Assembly: GCA_965248265.1 (NCBI GenBank)
Contig: CBDFJF010000002.1
Location: 1,664,001 to 1,728,000, forward strand
Direction of reading: 5' to 3'
Length of the DNA: 64,000 nucleotides
DNA from: Candidatus Latescibacterota bacterium
GTDB taxonomy: Bacteria; Latescibacterota; UBA2968; UBA8231
The notes under the pieces are model-generated. The model did no database searches. It was given only the letters and a program-made list of their open reading frames with translations, and was not told the origin of the DNA. Below are positions 9,931 to 18,622 of this stretch, one piece after another (within the stretch, counting starts at the first letter, position 1; each line of letters opens with the position of its first letter). The position numbers and the translations under genes are program-made.

Positions 9931-10821
9931 ATGCAGGCACAGCTGCCCATAAGAGTTCTAGGACGCACTGAACTACAGGTGACCCAGCTCGGTTTCGGCG
10001 CCATGGAGCTGCGTGGTGTGAGAGAAGAGGCCACGGAGCAACGGGCAGAAGCCGTCCTCAACGGAGTGTTGGATGCGGGCATCAACTTCATCGATACGGC
10101 TCCGGACTACGGCCTGAGTGAGGTTCGCATCGGCAGGTACATCAGCCACCGGCGGGATGAGTACCTACTGGCGACCAAATGCGGTTGCAACGTGGGCCCG
10201 GAAGGTGTCAGGTACGAGCCCCGGCACATTTGGACGGCAGAGCAGTTGCGCAAGAACATGGAGGAAAGCCTGCAGCGCATGAAAACCGATCACGTCGACC
10301 TGCTGCAGTTGCACAATGCAACGGTCGAAGATGTCGAGGAGGGCGGTCTCGTCGAGGTCCTGCAGGAATTGAGGCAGTCGGGCAAGACTCGGTTCGTCGG
10401 TGTCTCTACCGACGGGCCCGATCTATTACAGTTTGCCCGCAGGGGTGTTTTCGACACCTTTCAGATCCCTTATTCGGCCCTGGATCGTCGCTTTGAAGCC
10501 ATGATGCGAGAAGCTGCTGAGCTTGGTGCCGGCATCATCATCCGTGCCGGTGTCGCCAAGGGTCATCGGGGAGGCGCCGAGCGTCAGGACAAATGGGACC
10601 GTGCCCGCTTGCAGGAATTATCCGAAGGCATGAATCGGCACGAGTTCGTGTTGCGGTTTACGCTGACTAATCCGGACTGCCATACGACCATCGCTGGCAC
10701 GACCGATCCGGATCACCTCGCGGCCAACGTATCGGCGGCCAGCGCCGGCCCGCTCCCCGATGCGACCTACCAGCAGGCCAAGCAGCGCCTGGCCCAGATC
10801 GGGGAGAAGCCGGAGGACTGA
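9931..10821 (+). CDS. Aldo/keto reductase
   Basis: LGRTELQVTQLGFGA, GINFIDTAPDYG, LATKCG, SLQRMKTDHVDLLQLH. Confidence 0.92.
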   Translation: MQAQLPIRVLGRTELQVTQLGFGAMELRGVREEATEQRAEAVLNGVLDAGINFIDTAPDYGLSEVRIGRYISHRRDEYLLATKCGCNVGPEGVRYEPRHIWTAEQLRKNMEESLQRMKTDHVDLLQLHNATVEDVEEGGLVEVLQELRQSGKTRFVGVSTDGPDLLQFARRGVFDTFQIPYSALDRRFEAMMREAAELGAGIIIRAGVAKGHRGGAERQDKWDRARLQELSEGMNRHEFVLRFTLTNPDCHTTIAGTTDPDHLAANVSAASAGPLPDATYQQAKQRLAQIGEKPED

Positions 10822-11080
10822 TCCGGAGCCGTACTTCAATGGGAGCCTACATTCTATCGCCAGTTTGTAGATGGCGGGGCTCGCGTCAGAGCGCGATGAG
10901 GTGGTATCGTCCGCTATGTCAAGCCCAGCGACTCGTCTTCATGAGTCCCTCGAGGGGTTCGCCCATGATCTCCACGTCCGTCGCGGAAGGCTACCTCTTG
11001 ACACTGTTCAAAGCTCGGCCCACTACATGTGAGAATTGTGAAGAGGGTGGTTGCGTCACATGCGTGGAATGAGGGGGGAG

Positions 11081-12079
11081 ATGACTGAAGAGCCTATCAT
11101 CAGGGTCGAGTCTCTCGGACGTGTCTACCGGCACATACACCGAGAGCCCGGCCTCTGGGGTGCCGTCAAGTCTTTCGTCCATAAACAGACCGTGGAGATT
11201 GCGGCGGTGAAGGAGTTGGATTTCGAGATCGTTCCGGGGGAGTTCGTCGGCTTTATCGGTCCCAACGGTGCAGGCAAGACCACGACGATGAAGATGCTCT
11301 CCGGGGTGCTCCACCCTTCTGGTGGGCAGGCTCGTGTCCTCGGCTACACGCCACACGAGCGCCACCACGATTATCTGCGGCAGATCGCCTTCGTCATGGG
11401 GCAGAAAGGCACCTTGTTCTGGGAGCTGCCGGCGATGGAGATGTTCCTGCTGACACGCGACATGTACGAGATCCCTGTCGCTGATTTCGACCGGTCACTC
11501 GAGACGCTGACCCGTCTCCTGGATGCCGGCGAATTCCTCGACGTGCAGACCCGTCTGCTCAGTCTGGGGCAGCGGATGAAGTGCGAGCTGATAAACGCCT
11601 TGTTGCACATGCCCCGGGTGTTGTTCCTCGACGAGCCGACCATCGGACTCGACGTGGCAAGCCAGAGGGCGGTCCGCGAATTCTTCCGGCGCTACAATGA
11701 GGAGACGGGGGCCACGATCCTGCTCACCAGTCACTACCTCGAAGACATCAAGTCGCTCTGCCAACGCATCATCTTCATCGCCGATGGTGCGATCGTCTTC
11801 GACGGCCCCCTCGAGCAGATCATGGCGCGTTACGCGCCTAACGTGCACGTCTCCTTCGTCTGCGACGACGACGAGCACGTGGCGGAGGCCGAGTTGCGTC
11901 CACTGGGCGAACCCGAGATCGACGTCGAGAACGGCGCCGTGCGCCTGCGGGTCGCCCGCGACGAGGTGACCCAGGTGGCGCGGGAACTGTTGAACCGCTA
12001 CAGGTTATCCAACATCCTGGTCGAGGAGCCTTCGCTGGAAGAGGTCGTCACAGCGCTGGTAACCGGTGATGCTCGGTAA
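11081..12079 (+). CDS. ABC-2 type transporter ATP-binding protein
   Basis: Walker A GPNGAGKTT, signature LSLGQRM, Walker B LFLDEPT, H-loop TSHY; start refined to ATG11081. Confidence 0.93.
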   Translation: MTEEPIIRVESLGRVYRHIHREPGLWGAVKSFVHKQTVEIAAVKELDFEIVPGEFVGFIGPNGAGKTTTMKMLSGVLHPSGGQARVLGYTPHERHHDYLRQIAFVMGQKGTLFWELPAMEMFLLTRDMYEIPVADFDRSLETLTRLLDAGEFLDVQTRLLSLGQRMKCELINALLHMPRVLFLDEPTIGLDVASQRAVREFFRRYNEETGATILLTSHYLEDIKSLCQRIIFIADGAIVFDGPLEQIMARYAPNVHVSFVCDDDEHVAEAELRPLGEPEIDVENGAVRLRVARDEVTQVARELLNRYRLSNILVEEPSLEEVVTALVTGDAR

Positions 12080-12866
12080 GCTGCTCAAATACCGCCGGTT
12101 GATTCTGGTGGAGTCGCAGGGCGCCCTGGCCCACCGCTTCAGCGTATTCTGCTCGATCGCCGTCTTCATTTTTCCGGTGGTGGCCAAGGTCGTGTTCTGG
12201 AAGGCCGTGTACGGGGCCGGTGAGGGCGACATCGCCAGCTTCGACGTCACAGACATGGTCATGTATCTGCTGGTGTTCAACTTCGTCTTCGAAACGACCT
12301 GGGTCTACAAAGGGGGCCTGCGCCACGACATCCTGGGCGGCGGCCTCACGCGCTACCTCCTGATGCCGGCCAATTACGTGTTGGCCCGCTTTTTCGAGGA
12401 GTTCGGTACAAAGCCGCCGCGATGGGTCAGCTCCGCTTTTCTGTTCATCGTCCTGCTCCTGTTCTTTCGCCAGGATCTGCGCTTCGTCAGCGACCTGTGG
12501 GTCTACCCCGCCGGCGCGCTCGCCATGGGCATTGGGTTCGTCCTTGGATTCCTCCTCTGGATGCTCGTGGGGTTCGTCACTTTCTGGACGGAGAGCGACG
12601 TGCCGTTCATCGATCACGCTTACCGGCTGTTCAGCGGTTTCCTGGTACCCATAGTCTTCCTACCTGAATGGCTGGAGCACGTGGGCGCCGTGTTGCCCTT
12701 CCAGTACGTGATTTATTTCCCGGCCATGGTATTGATCGGCAAAGTCGAGCCCGCGGCCTTCGCGCACGGGATCGCCACGCAACTGGTGATGATCGCTGCT
12801 CTAGTCTTGGCCATCCATCTTGTGCTAAAACGCGGCGTGCGTCGATATGGAGCCTACGGTGGATAA
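12066..12866 (+). CDS. ABC-2 family transporter permease
   Basis: About 6 TM segments, DILGGGLTRYLLMP, FSGFLVPIVFLP, C-terminal GVRRYGAYGG; overlaps the ATPase gene. Confidence 0.88.
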   Translation: MMLGKLLKYRRLILVESQGALAHRFSVFCSIAVFIFPVVAKVVFWKAVYGAGEGDIASFDVTDMVMYLLVFNFVFETTWVYKGGLRHDILGGGLTRYLLMPANYVLARFFEEFGTKPPRWVSSAFLFIVLLLFFRQDLRFVSDLWVYPAGALAMGIGFVLGFLLWMLVGFVTFWTESDVPFIDHAYRLFSGFLVPIVFLPEWLEHVGAVLPFQYVIYFPAMVLIGKVEPAAFAHGIATQLVMIAALVLAIHLVLKRGVRRYGAYGG

Positions 12867-13656
12867 CATCCGACGTCACATCCGAGTCATCGGACGCTTG
12901 TGGCTGATCTCGGTTCAGCGAGGCCTGGCCTTCCGCTGGCAATTCATCACCGATCTACTCAACGAGGCTGTCGCTGTGGCGCTGGCTTTGTTGATGTTCG
13001 ACATCGCCTACGACCATGCGCCTGAGATCGGTGGATGGGATCAGTGGCGGACGATGGTGCTCGTGGGCGTGTTCCAGCTTTACTCAGTGCTGCTGGCCAC
13101 GTTTTTGAGACCGAATTTGGGAGAGATGACGCGGACGATCTACGATGGCGATCTCGATGGCCTGCTGCTGCGCCCGGTCTCGGCGCAGTTGCTGATCTCC
13201 CTGCGCCAGATCCAGGTCACGGGACTGCTGCGCGTCTTACCTGGAGTGGCCGTCATCATCTACGCGCTGCAGGCTCTCGAGTACACGCCGAGGTCGTTCG
13301 ATGTCGGCGTCGCCGCTGCCCTGTTGCTTTCCGGCATCGTGCTGGTCTACTCACTCTGGTTCATGTCGATGACGCTGGAGTTCTGGTTTCAAGGGCTGTG
13401 GAGTTGGCAGCAACTGGTCCCCAATGTCTTCGCCTTCGCCCAATACCCGGCAGGGGTCTACAAGGGGACGATGAAGCTGCTGTTCCTGACGGTCGTACCG
13501 GTCGTGCTCGTGGCGAATTTCCCAACGCAGGCGTTGGTGGGTGAGTGGTCGGTCTGGACAGCTATGTACAGCATGGGATTGGCCAGTCTGTTGTTGATAC
13601 TAAGCAGTCTGCAGTGGCGTCTGGCTCTGCGGCGCTACACCAGTGCCAGCTCGTAG
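12847..13656 (+). CDS. ABC-2 family transporter permease, second subunit
   Basis: IYDGDLDGLLLRPVS, AQYPAGVY, C-terminal ALRRYTSASS. Confidence 0.88.
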   Translation: MEPTVDNIRRHIRVIGRLWLISVQRGLAFRWQFITDLLNEAVAVALALLMFDIAYDHAPEIGGWDQWRTMVLVGVFQLYSVLLATFLRPNLGEMTRTIYDGDLDGLLLRPVSAQLLISLRQIQVTGLLRVLPGVAVIIYALQALEYTPRSFDVGVAAALLLSGIVLVYSLWFMSMTLEFWFQGLWSWQQLVPNVFAFAQYPAGVYKGTMKLLFLTVVPVVLVANFPTQALVGEWSVWTAMYSMGLASLLLILSSLQWRLALRRYTSASS

Positions 13657-13729
13657 GCTGGCCGGCGACAAGTACAAAAAAACCATCAGCGCCGGCATTC
13701 CCTGCGAACTCGCCGGGAGACGTCGTCTT

Positions 13730-14665
13730 CTATTCAGCAACGGTACCGTACTTGGTCTGTAGCTGGGAAGGAATCCGGGCGGCGACTTGGAGCTTGAGTT
13801 CGCCCGTGTCTTCGACAAACGGGCGGGCGAGGTATTTCGCCTTGCCACCGATGTGAAGGATGGCGGGATCCGTCTTTCGCGTGGGCAAGCGGATAACGTC
13901 ACCCGCTGTTAGTTGCTCTGCCTCGGCAACGGTCACGGAGGTGCGGCCGAGGACGGCTGTGGTGGGCAGGTCCATGGCACCCACGCGGAGGCGATTTGCA
14001 TGGCGGAGCTCCTCGCCCGTAGCGCCTTGCCGAGGCGGGATGCGGTTTTGTCCAGATTGGTCGAAACTGGCCAGAATCGGCTGTAGGGTCCGGTACGGAT
14101 AGCACATCGAAATCCGGCCCTTCGCATTGGTCGAGTTCACTCCGAAAGCGAGCATGAGGACGATCTCGTTGTCGGGGACGATCGTCATGAACTCGGGGTT
14201 GGTTTCGAGCTCGATATCGTGGACCTCACATTCCACGACGCTCTTCCAGATATCTTCCAGATCCCAGATGGCCTGCCTGATCGGACTGACGAATATGCCC
14301 ATCTCGGTCTGCGATATCTGTCTCGGCTCGACGTCAGAGCCGCACCCCTTGCCGCCGAAGGCTCGATCGACAACCCCGAAGACGATCGGCATCTGGAAGT
14401 CAATGATGACCTGACCGTCATACATATCCTTCGGACCGAGGTGAAACTGATACGCCACACCCGGGTTGGACAGCGACTGGATGAACTCGCGGTAGGTGGT
14501 CTGATCGACAAACTCGATGTCGACATCGACGATCGACCGCATCAGGTTGTTGAAGGAAATATTCAAGAGCCTGGCGAATTCCTCGTGCAGGTTCTGCACA
14601 AACCGCATCTGCGCCTTGTTCATCCTGGCCGGGTGCTTGAAATCGTATTCTATGATCCGACTCAT
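13730..14665 (-). CDS. fliM: FliM-like switch protein (middle and SpoA domains) lacking the N-terminal CheY-binding peptide
   Basis: YDFKHP, HEEFAR, VDQTTYREFIQSL, DRAFGGKG, ETNPEF, CYPYRTLQP, C-terminal SpoA-like domain; ATG14665 overlaps the fliG stop (ATGA). Confidence 0.85.
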   Translation of the reverse strand: MSRIIEYDFKHPARMNKAQMRFVQNLHEEFARLLNISFNNLMRSIVDVDIEFVDQTTYREFIQSLSNPGVAYQFHLGPKDMYDGQVIIDFQMPIVFGVVDRAFGGKGCGSDVEPRQISQTEMGIFVSPIRQAIWDLEDIWKSVVECEVHDIELETNPEFMTIVPDNEIVLMLAFGVNSTNAKGRISMCYPYRTLQPILASFDQSGQNRIPPRQGATGEELRHANRLRVGAMDLPTTAVLGRTSVTVAEAEQLTAGDVIRLPTRKTDPAILHIGGKAKYLARPFVEDTGELKLQVAARIPSQLQTKYGTVAE

Positions 14666-15753
14666 GACGCAGGGTCTCCGTTGTCTTCGTCCGCCCGCGG
14701 CTCTTCCTCTCGCCGGCATCCCAGCTTTCGAAGGACGGCGGCCATTTCAGCCGCCTGAGCATCCATCGCACGCAGGACGTTACGCTCGACCTCGGACGTG
14801 CTCGCTTTGAGGATCTTTGCAGTTACCTGGGTGCCGCCGATTTCTGACCTGCCGGCAACGGCATCTCTGAACGACTCCTCGAGGTTGCTTTCCAGGATCC
14901 TTATCGCGGCTGGTGTCGCTTCGTCAATCGAAGCAATACGGTAGGCGACATCCGATTGCAGTCGTTCCGGGAGCTCGGCGAGGATGGCTCCGGCCTGTGT
15001 GGGTTCGAGTTGGGACAGCAACAGAGCGATAGTCTGGGGGTGTTCGGACACGATCCCGGGTGCAATCTGAGCGGCCGGCACCTTATTGAGGATGGTGAAA
15101 CGCGGACGTGACAGGTCAGCCATCGGCTCTGTGACATGCCTGGCCATGCGCATGCCGCGCGCACGTCTTACGGTTTGGTACGCAAAGTCGACGCCGCCCG
15201 TACGGATCCACTCACGGGCCTCCAGCTGCTGCCCAAAGGTGGCCAGATGCTCCTTCTGCGCTTCAACGGAGACTTGCGGGGTGTCCGAAATCGCTTGCGA
15301 CAGCTCGCAGAGCTCCCCGTAGGGGAAGGTGTCCGGGCCGATGATCTCGGCGGTGACTTGGACGCCCAGCGAAACCAGGACCAGGGCTGCCCGGTGGAAA
15401 TCGGCTCTGCCGTCCTGCCCGTCTTCGAGGGCCATGCTGCGCAGCAGGTGGGCGGCCTCTTCCGGCTGTCGCCAGACCGCCTCGAACACGCTGTCCGCCA
15501 CAATCCAGGCGGGCGCCTGGCGGACCGGCACAGTGCCAGAGGGAGGCTCATCGGCGGTCGGGGCCGGCGCGCCCATCTCGGTGTGGGCCAATCTGGGTGG
15601 CGACTCCGGCAGGGGCGGCAAGCTGGAGAGGTTCTCAACCAAAGGGGGGCGCCACTCCGATACTTGCGGAGAGCCCCCACGTAAGCCGTCAACATCCCCG
15701 AATATCCTCACGTCGATACCATCGGCGGTCGCAGTGTTCATATCGTCCATCAC
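14662..15753 (-). CDS. fliG: FliG-like protein (N and M domains) with an N-terminal extension and no C-terminal torque domain
   Basis: RAALVLVSLG, GGVDFAY, EHPQTIALLLSQL, LPERLQSDVAYRIA, GG linker; ends where MFxF would begin. Confidence 0.8.
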   Translation of the reverse strand: MMDDMNTATADGIDVRIFGDVDGLRGGSPQVSEWRPPLVENLSSLPPLPESPPRLAHTEMGAPAPTADEPPSGTVPVRQAPAWIVADSVFEAVWRQPEEAAHLLRSMALEDGQDGRADFHRAALVLVSLGVQVTAEIIGPDTFPYGELCELSQAISDTPQVSVEAQKEHLATFGQQLEAREWIRTGGVDFAYQTVRRARGMRMARHVTEPMADLSRPRFTILNKVPAAQIAPGIVSEHPQTIALLLSQLEPTQAGAILAELPERLQSDVAYRIASIDEATPAAIRILESNLEESFRDAVAGRSEIGGTQVTAKILKASTSEVERNVLRAMDAQAAEMAAVLRKLGCRREEEPRADEDNGDPAS

Positions 15754-16019
15754 TTGGGTGGGAAAAGCCGGGTGACGCGCAAGGTGAGCTGCTCCTCGCG
15801 GACATCGATGTCACCCTCGCCGCAAAGCTGGTCGTTGATGCGATAGGCGTACTGCTGTCCGGCGAGCATGTCCACGGCGATCACATCGCCAGCGTGCAAA
15901 GCCCGGGCTCGCTCGAGCGGCATCAAAGCGCGGCCGAGCTCGACGACGAGATCGACCTCGACATCCAGCAGATGGTTGAGGTTGGTGTGCTGAAGCGTTG
16001 AAATGGCGGTGTCAGTCAT
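15750..16019 (-). CDS. Divergent FliN/SpoA-family protein
   Basis: LLDVEVDLVVELGR...LHAGDVIAV...INDQLCGEGDI; 4-bp overlaps with both neighbours. Confidence 0.75.
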   Translation of the reverse strand: MTDTAISTLQHTNLNHLLDVEVDLVVELGRALMPLERARALHAGDVIAVDMLAGQQYAYRINDQLCGEGDIDVREEQLTLRVTRLFPPK

Positions 16020-16312
16020 GAGACGATCTCAGTGAGCCGTACGCCGAAATTCTCATCGATTGTCACCACTTCACCGCGGGCGAACAGTTTGCCGTTGAGG
16101 CGGACATCGACCGGTTCGCCCATCATCGTATGGAGGCTCACGAGTGACTGCTCACCGATGTTGAGGGCCTCATCGAGGGTCATGCGATGGCGGCCGATCT
16201 CGACCGAGACCTCGACATCGACCTCGTCGATCCGCGAATCCTTGTGAACGCTCTTTGCGGATGGCCGGGTGTCCCCCTTCGGGGCTGCCTTTCTCTTCGT
16301 TTTCGTTGGCAT
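16016..16312 (-). CDS. fliN: Flagellar switch protein FliN-like
   Basis: VEVSVEIGR...GEPVDVRLNGKLFARGEVVTIDENFGVRLTEI; RBS AGGAG. Confidence 0.88.
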   Translation of the reverse strand: MPTKTKRKAAPKGDTRPSAKSVHKDSRIDEVDVEVSVEIGRHRMTLDEALNIGEQSLVSLHTMMGEPVDVRLNGKLFARGEVVTIDENFGVRLTEIVS

Positions 16313-16329
16313 TTCTCACTCCTGTTGAT

Positions 16330-16770
16330 TCATGAGCTTGAGGCGTAACCGCTCGACCGACGGGTCCCGACAGGGAATAGATTAGGCCGGATCCGGATGC
16401 CGCCGTGCTCCCTGACATCGTCCTCGGCGGCCGGCCACTCCGTCTGCGCAATGTCCCGACGCATTTCGTCTACAGTCTGCCTCAGGATCTGCACCTCACT
16501 GGCGAGACCCTTGATCATGAGCGCCACATCTTCCAGCGTCAGCGACGGTGGATCCTGTCGCAGCTGCTGTTCGATGCTGGTCCACAGTTCCTCCCGCGCG
16601 GCACCGCTGCGCAGGGAGGTTGCTGCTTCCCATGTGACCTGATGCGACTCGTACTCCGTTCGGCAGCTCTCGCACTCACTCAGGTGAGTTTCGAGCTCGA
16701 CTCGTTCGTCATGGGACAGTTGGTCGTCGACGTAGGCTGACAGATTGCGTTCGCACGAATAGCAGTTCAT
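16330..16770 (-). CDS. zf-HC2 (ZAS) anti-sigma factor, soluble, with a coiled-coil C-terminus
   Basis: MNC...LSAYVDDQL...ETHLSECESC (HxxxCxxC); no hydrophobic TM segment; heptad-like LEDVALMIKGLASEVQILRQTVDEMRRDI. Confidence 0.85.
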   Translation of the reverse strand: MNCYSCERNLSAYVDDQLSHDERVELETHLSECESCRTEYESHQVTWEAATSLRSGAAREELWTSIEQQLRQDPPSLTLEDVALMIKGLASEVQILRQTVDEMRRDIAQTEWPAAEDDVREHGGIRIRPNLFPVGTRRSSGYASSS

Positions 16771-16783
16771 CTCTCTTACGACC

Positions 16784-17347
16784 TCATGCATCGAGATAGG
16801 GTTTGATAGCATCACGCACGCGTTTGCGCGCCCGGTGGATCCGGACTTTTACCGCGTCCTCGCTGCACGAGAGGATTTCGCCGATCTCCCGGTAGGCCAT
16901 TCCGAGCTGTGTGCCCAGAACGAAGACGAGGCGCATGTTTTCAGGCAGAGCCGCGATAGCGGCCTCGGCTTTCTTGGCCATTTCCTTTTGTATGAGCTGA
17001 TCTTCCGGGTTGGCCCCTCGCGCCATGGGGATGCTCTTCTCGGCGACCGTCTCGAGAGAAGAGAATGCAGGCCGCCGCTTGCGTGCCTCGGCCATGCAAC
17101 GGTTCGCTGCGATGCGGTAGAGCCAGGTCCCAAAAGCAGCCTCCGCGCGGAACGAGCCGATGCTCTTGAATGCCTGGATGAAGACCTCCTGGGTCAGGTC
17201 TTCGGCATCCTGATCGTTAGGTGCCATGTGGGTGCACAGTGAGTACACACGGTCCCGGTACAACTCGAAGACCCTGCGAAAGGCGCGGTTGTCTCCCTGC
17301 TGGCAGGCGGCGATGAGGGCGATGTCGGCGTCGTTTGACAAATCCAC
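16784..17347 (-). CDS. ECF RNA polymerase sigma factor (sigma-70 group 4)
   Basis: Region 2 DAEDLTQEVF...FGTWLYRIAANRC; region 4 YREIGEIL...VKVRIHRAR. Confidence 0.93.
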   Translation of the reverse strand: MDLSNDADIALIAACQQGDNRAFRRVFELYRDRVYSLCTHMAPNDQDAEDLTQEVFIQAFKSIGSFRAEAAFGTWLYRIAANRCMAEARKRRPAFSSLETVAEKSIPMARGANPEDQLIQKEMAKKAEAAIAALPENMRLVFVLGTQLGMAYREIGEILSCSEDAVKVRIHRARKRVRDAIKPYLDA

Positions 17348-17377
17348 TGCTCAAGTCAGTCTGGCATTCACAGAGTT

Positions 17378-17405
17378 TAGACGCAGAAAATGGCTACAGG
17401 TAACA
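17378..17405 (-). promoter_or_regulatory. Putative ECF-type promoter TGTTAC-N16-CGTCTA upstream of the sigma gene
   Basis: Minus strand reads tgttac-ctgtagccattttctg-cgtcta, ending 30 bp before GTG17347; resembles the ECF -35/-10 pattern (AAC...CGT) with one mismatch in the -35. Confidence 0.5.
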
Positions 17406-17633
17406 GGAAAATATGGCAAATGTAAGAGGGGCCCCTATCGCTACGATCTCGTGGGAGATGGCTGGCAACTACGGATGCGCCAGCTCTCGGAAGCTGGCTA
17501 CGCTTTTCTCGGCGCTGAGTATTCTCATCACGATCATATCAGACTATCATTTGTACGGACCTCAGTGTCAATGCGATTCGCATGGTGCTGAGGGTAGGCC
17601 ACGCGTCCGTGGATAAGTGGAACGAGAGACTCG

Positions 17634-18461
17634 GTGAACGATCAAATGCCCCCGCGTTTTAGAATACCTGCCTCGGTGTGGATCCTGGTATTACTGACAC
17701 TTGGCACCGTGCCTGCCAAAGCGCAAGGTGATTCGGCGGATGTGGACTATGATCTATTCCTCGGCACCATGGTGGATGATCCGGACAGGGCCGGCTCAGC
17801 ACCGTATCACCTGTGGCAGGTAGTCAATGACTCCTCAATCCCAGTCCAGTTTTCAGCCGCGGTCGGGTCGGTCTGGTCAGATCTCAGTCAATTGGACGCA
17901 GATCCGGCCACGCCTATCAATCTGCGGTTGGGCCGAAAGAACCGACTCGAACTCGGCGGTCGGGTAGACGGGGCGCTCACGGCCGGCGATGTCACCGGGT
18001 TCACCGTGGGCATGAAGCATCAGATTCACCGCTACTTCGCCTGGGGAGTGAACGTGCAGAAGGAAGATCAAAACGAGCGGGTGGGAGAGAAAAGCAGCAG
18101 GGGTTACGGCGGATCTTTCGTGTTCATCGCGAATGAGAATCACTTCCTGGGAACACCCATAGGTATGAAGTACAAATTCGGGGTCGGGCTCGGTGACGCG
18201 ATCAGCGCACGCGGTGCCGCCCTGAGATTGGCGCTGGAAGGCCGCAGCGACGTATCTGAATCGACGGATATCATCGGTGGTCTCAACGGGCGCGCTGTCA
18301 GCAGGGACTTCACGGACAATCTTGGGGTAGACGGCTTGCTCGGGACAGAAACCAGGTTGAGTGGCCCTCTGGCTTTACGGATCCTGATCGGTTTCGGCCT
18401 TGCCGGTGACGCCAGCCAGGACAACGCGCGAGGCAGTCTGTTTTTGACCTACGAGCGATAG
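17634..18461 (+). CDS. Secreted hypothetical protein, possible outer-membrane beta-barrel
   Basis: Signal peptide ending AKA; alternating amphipathic strands; C-terminal GSLFLTYER. Confidence 0.55.
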   Translation: MNDQMPPRFRIPASVWILVLLTLGTVPAKAQGDSADVDYDLFLGTMVDDPDRAGSAPYHLWQVVNDSSIPVQFSAAVGSVWSDLSQLDADPATPINLRLGRKNRLELGGRVDGALTAGDVTGFTVGMKHQIHRYFAWGVNVQKEDQNERVGEKSSRGYGGSFVFIANENHFLGTPIGMKYKFGVGLGDAISARGAALRLALEGRSDVSESTDIIGGLNGRAVSRDFTDNLGVDGLLGTETRLSGPLALRILIGFGLAGDASQDNARGSLFLTYER

Positions 18462-18479
18462 ATCGCTTCACAGATTCTG

Positions 18480-18575
18480 GCCGCGCAAACTCATACACCG
18501 CCCTCAGTCCAATGGGCAACCATTCACCCATGATGAGCCCGAGGAAGAACGGACGGAGGGTACAGCCGGAGCCAG
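18480..18575 (-). pseudogene. Remnant of a membrane-protein gene 3' end (DUF6784/DUF6785-like)
   Basis: Minus strand encodes LRLY, then in a shifted frame LRPFFLGLIMGE; no upstream ORF. Confidence 0.35.
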
Positions 18576-18622
18576 CTTTCGCTCGGTCAGAGATGACTGC
18601 TACCTAGTGTTCACTTGTCGTG

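Noticed and set aside
13730-16312. Ordinary flagellar motor operon or T3SS sorting platform
   Set aside because: No fliF, fliH/I, export gate or stator genes nearby; FliG lacks the torque domain; FliM has a flagellar-type middle domain rather than SctQ.
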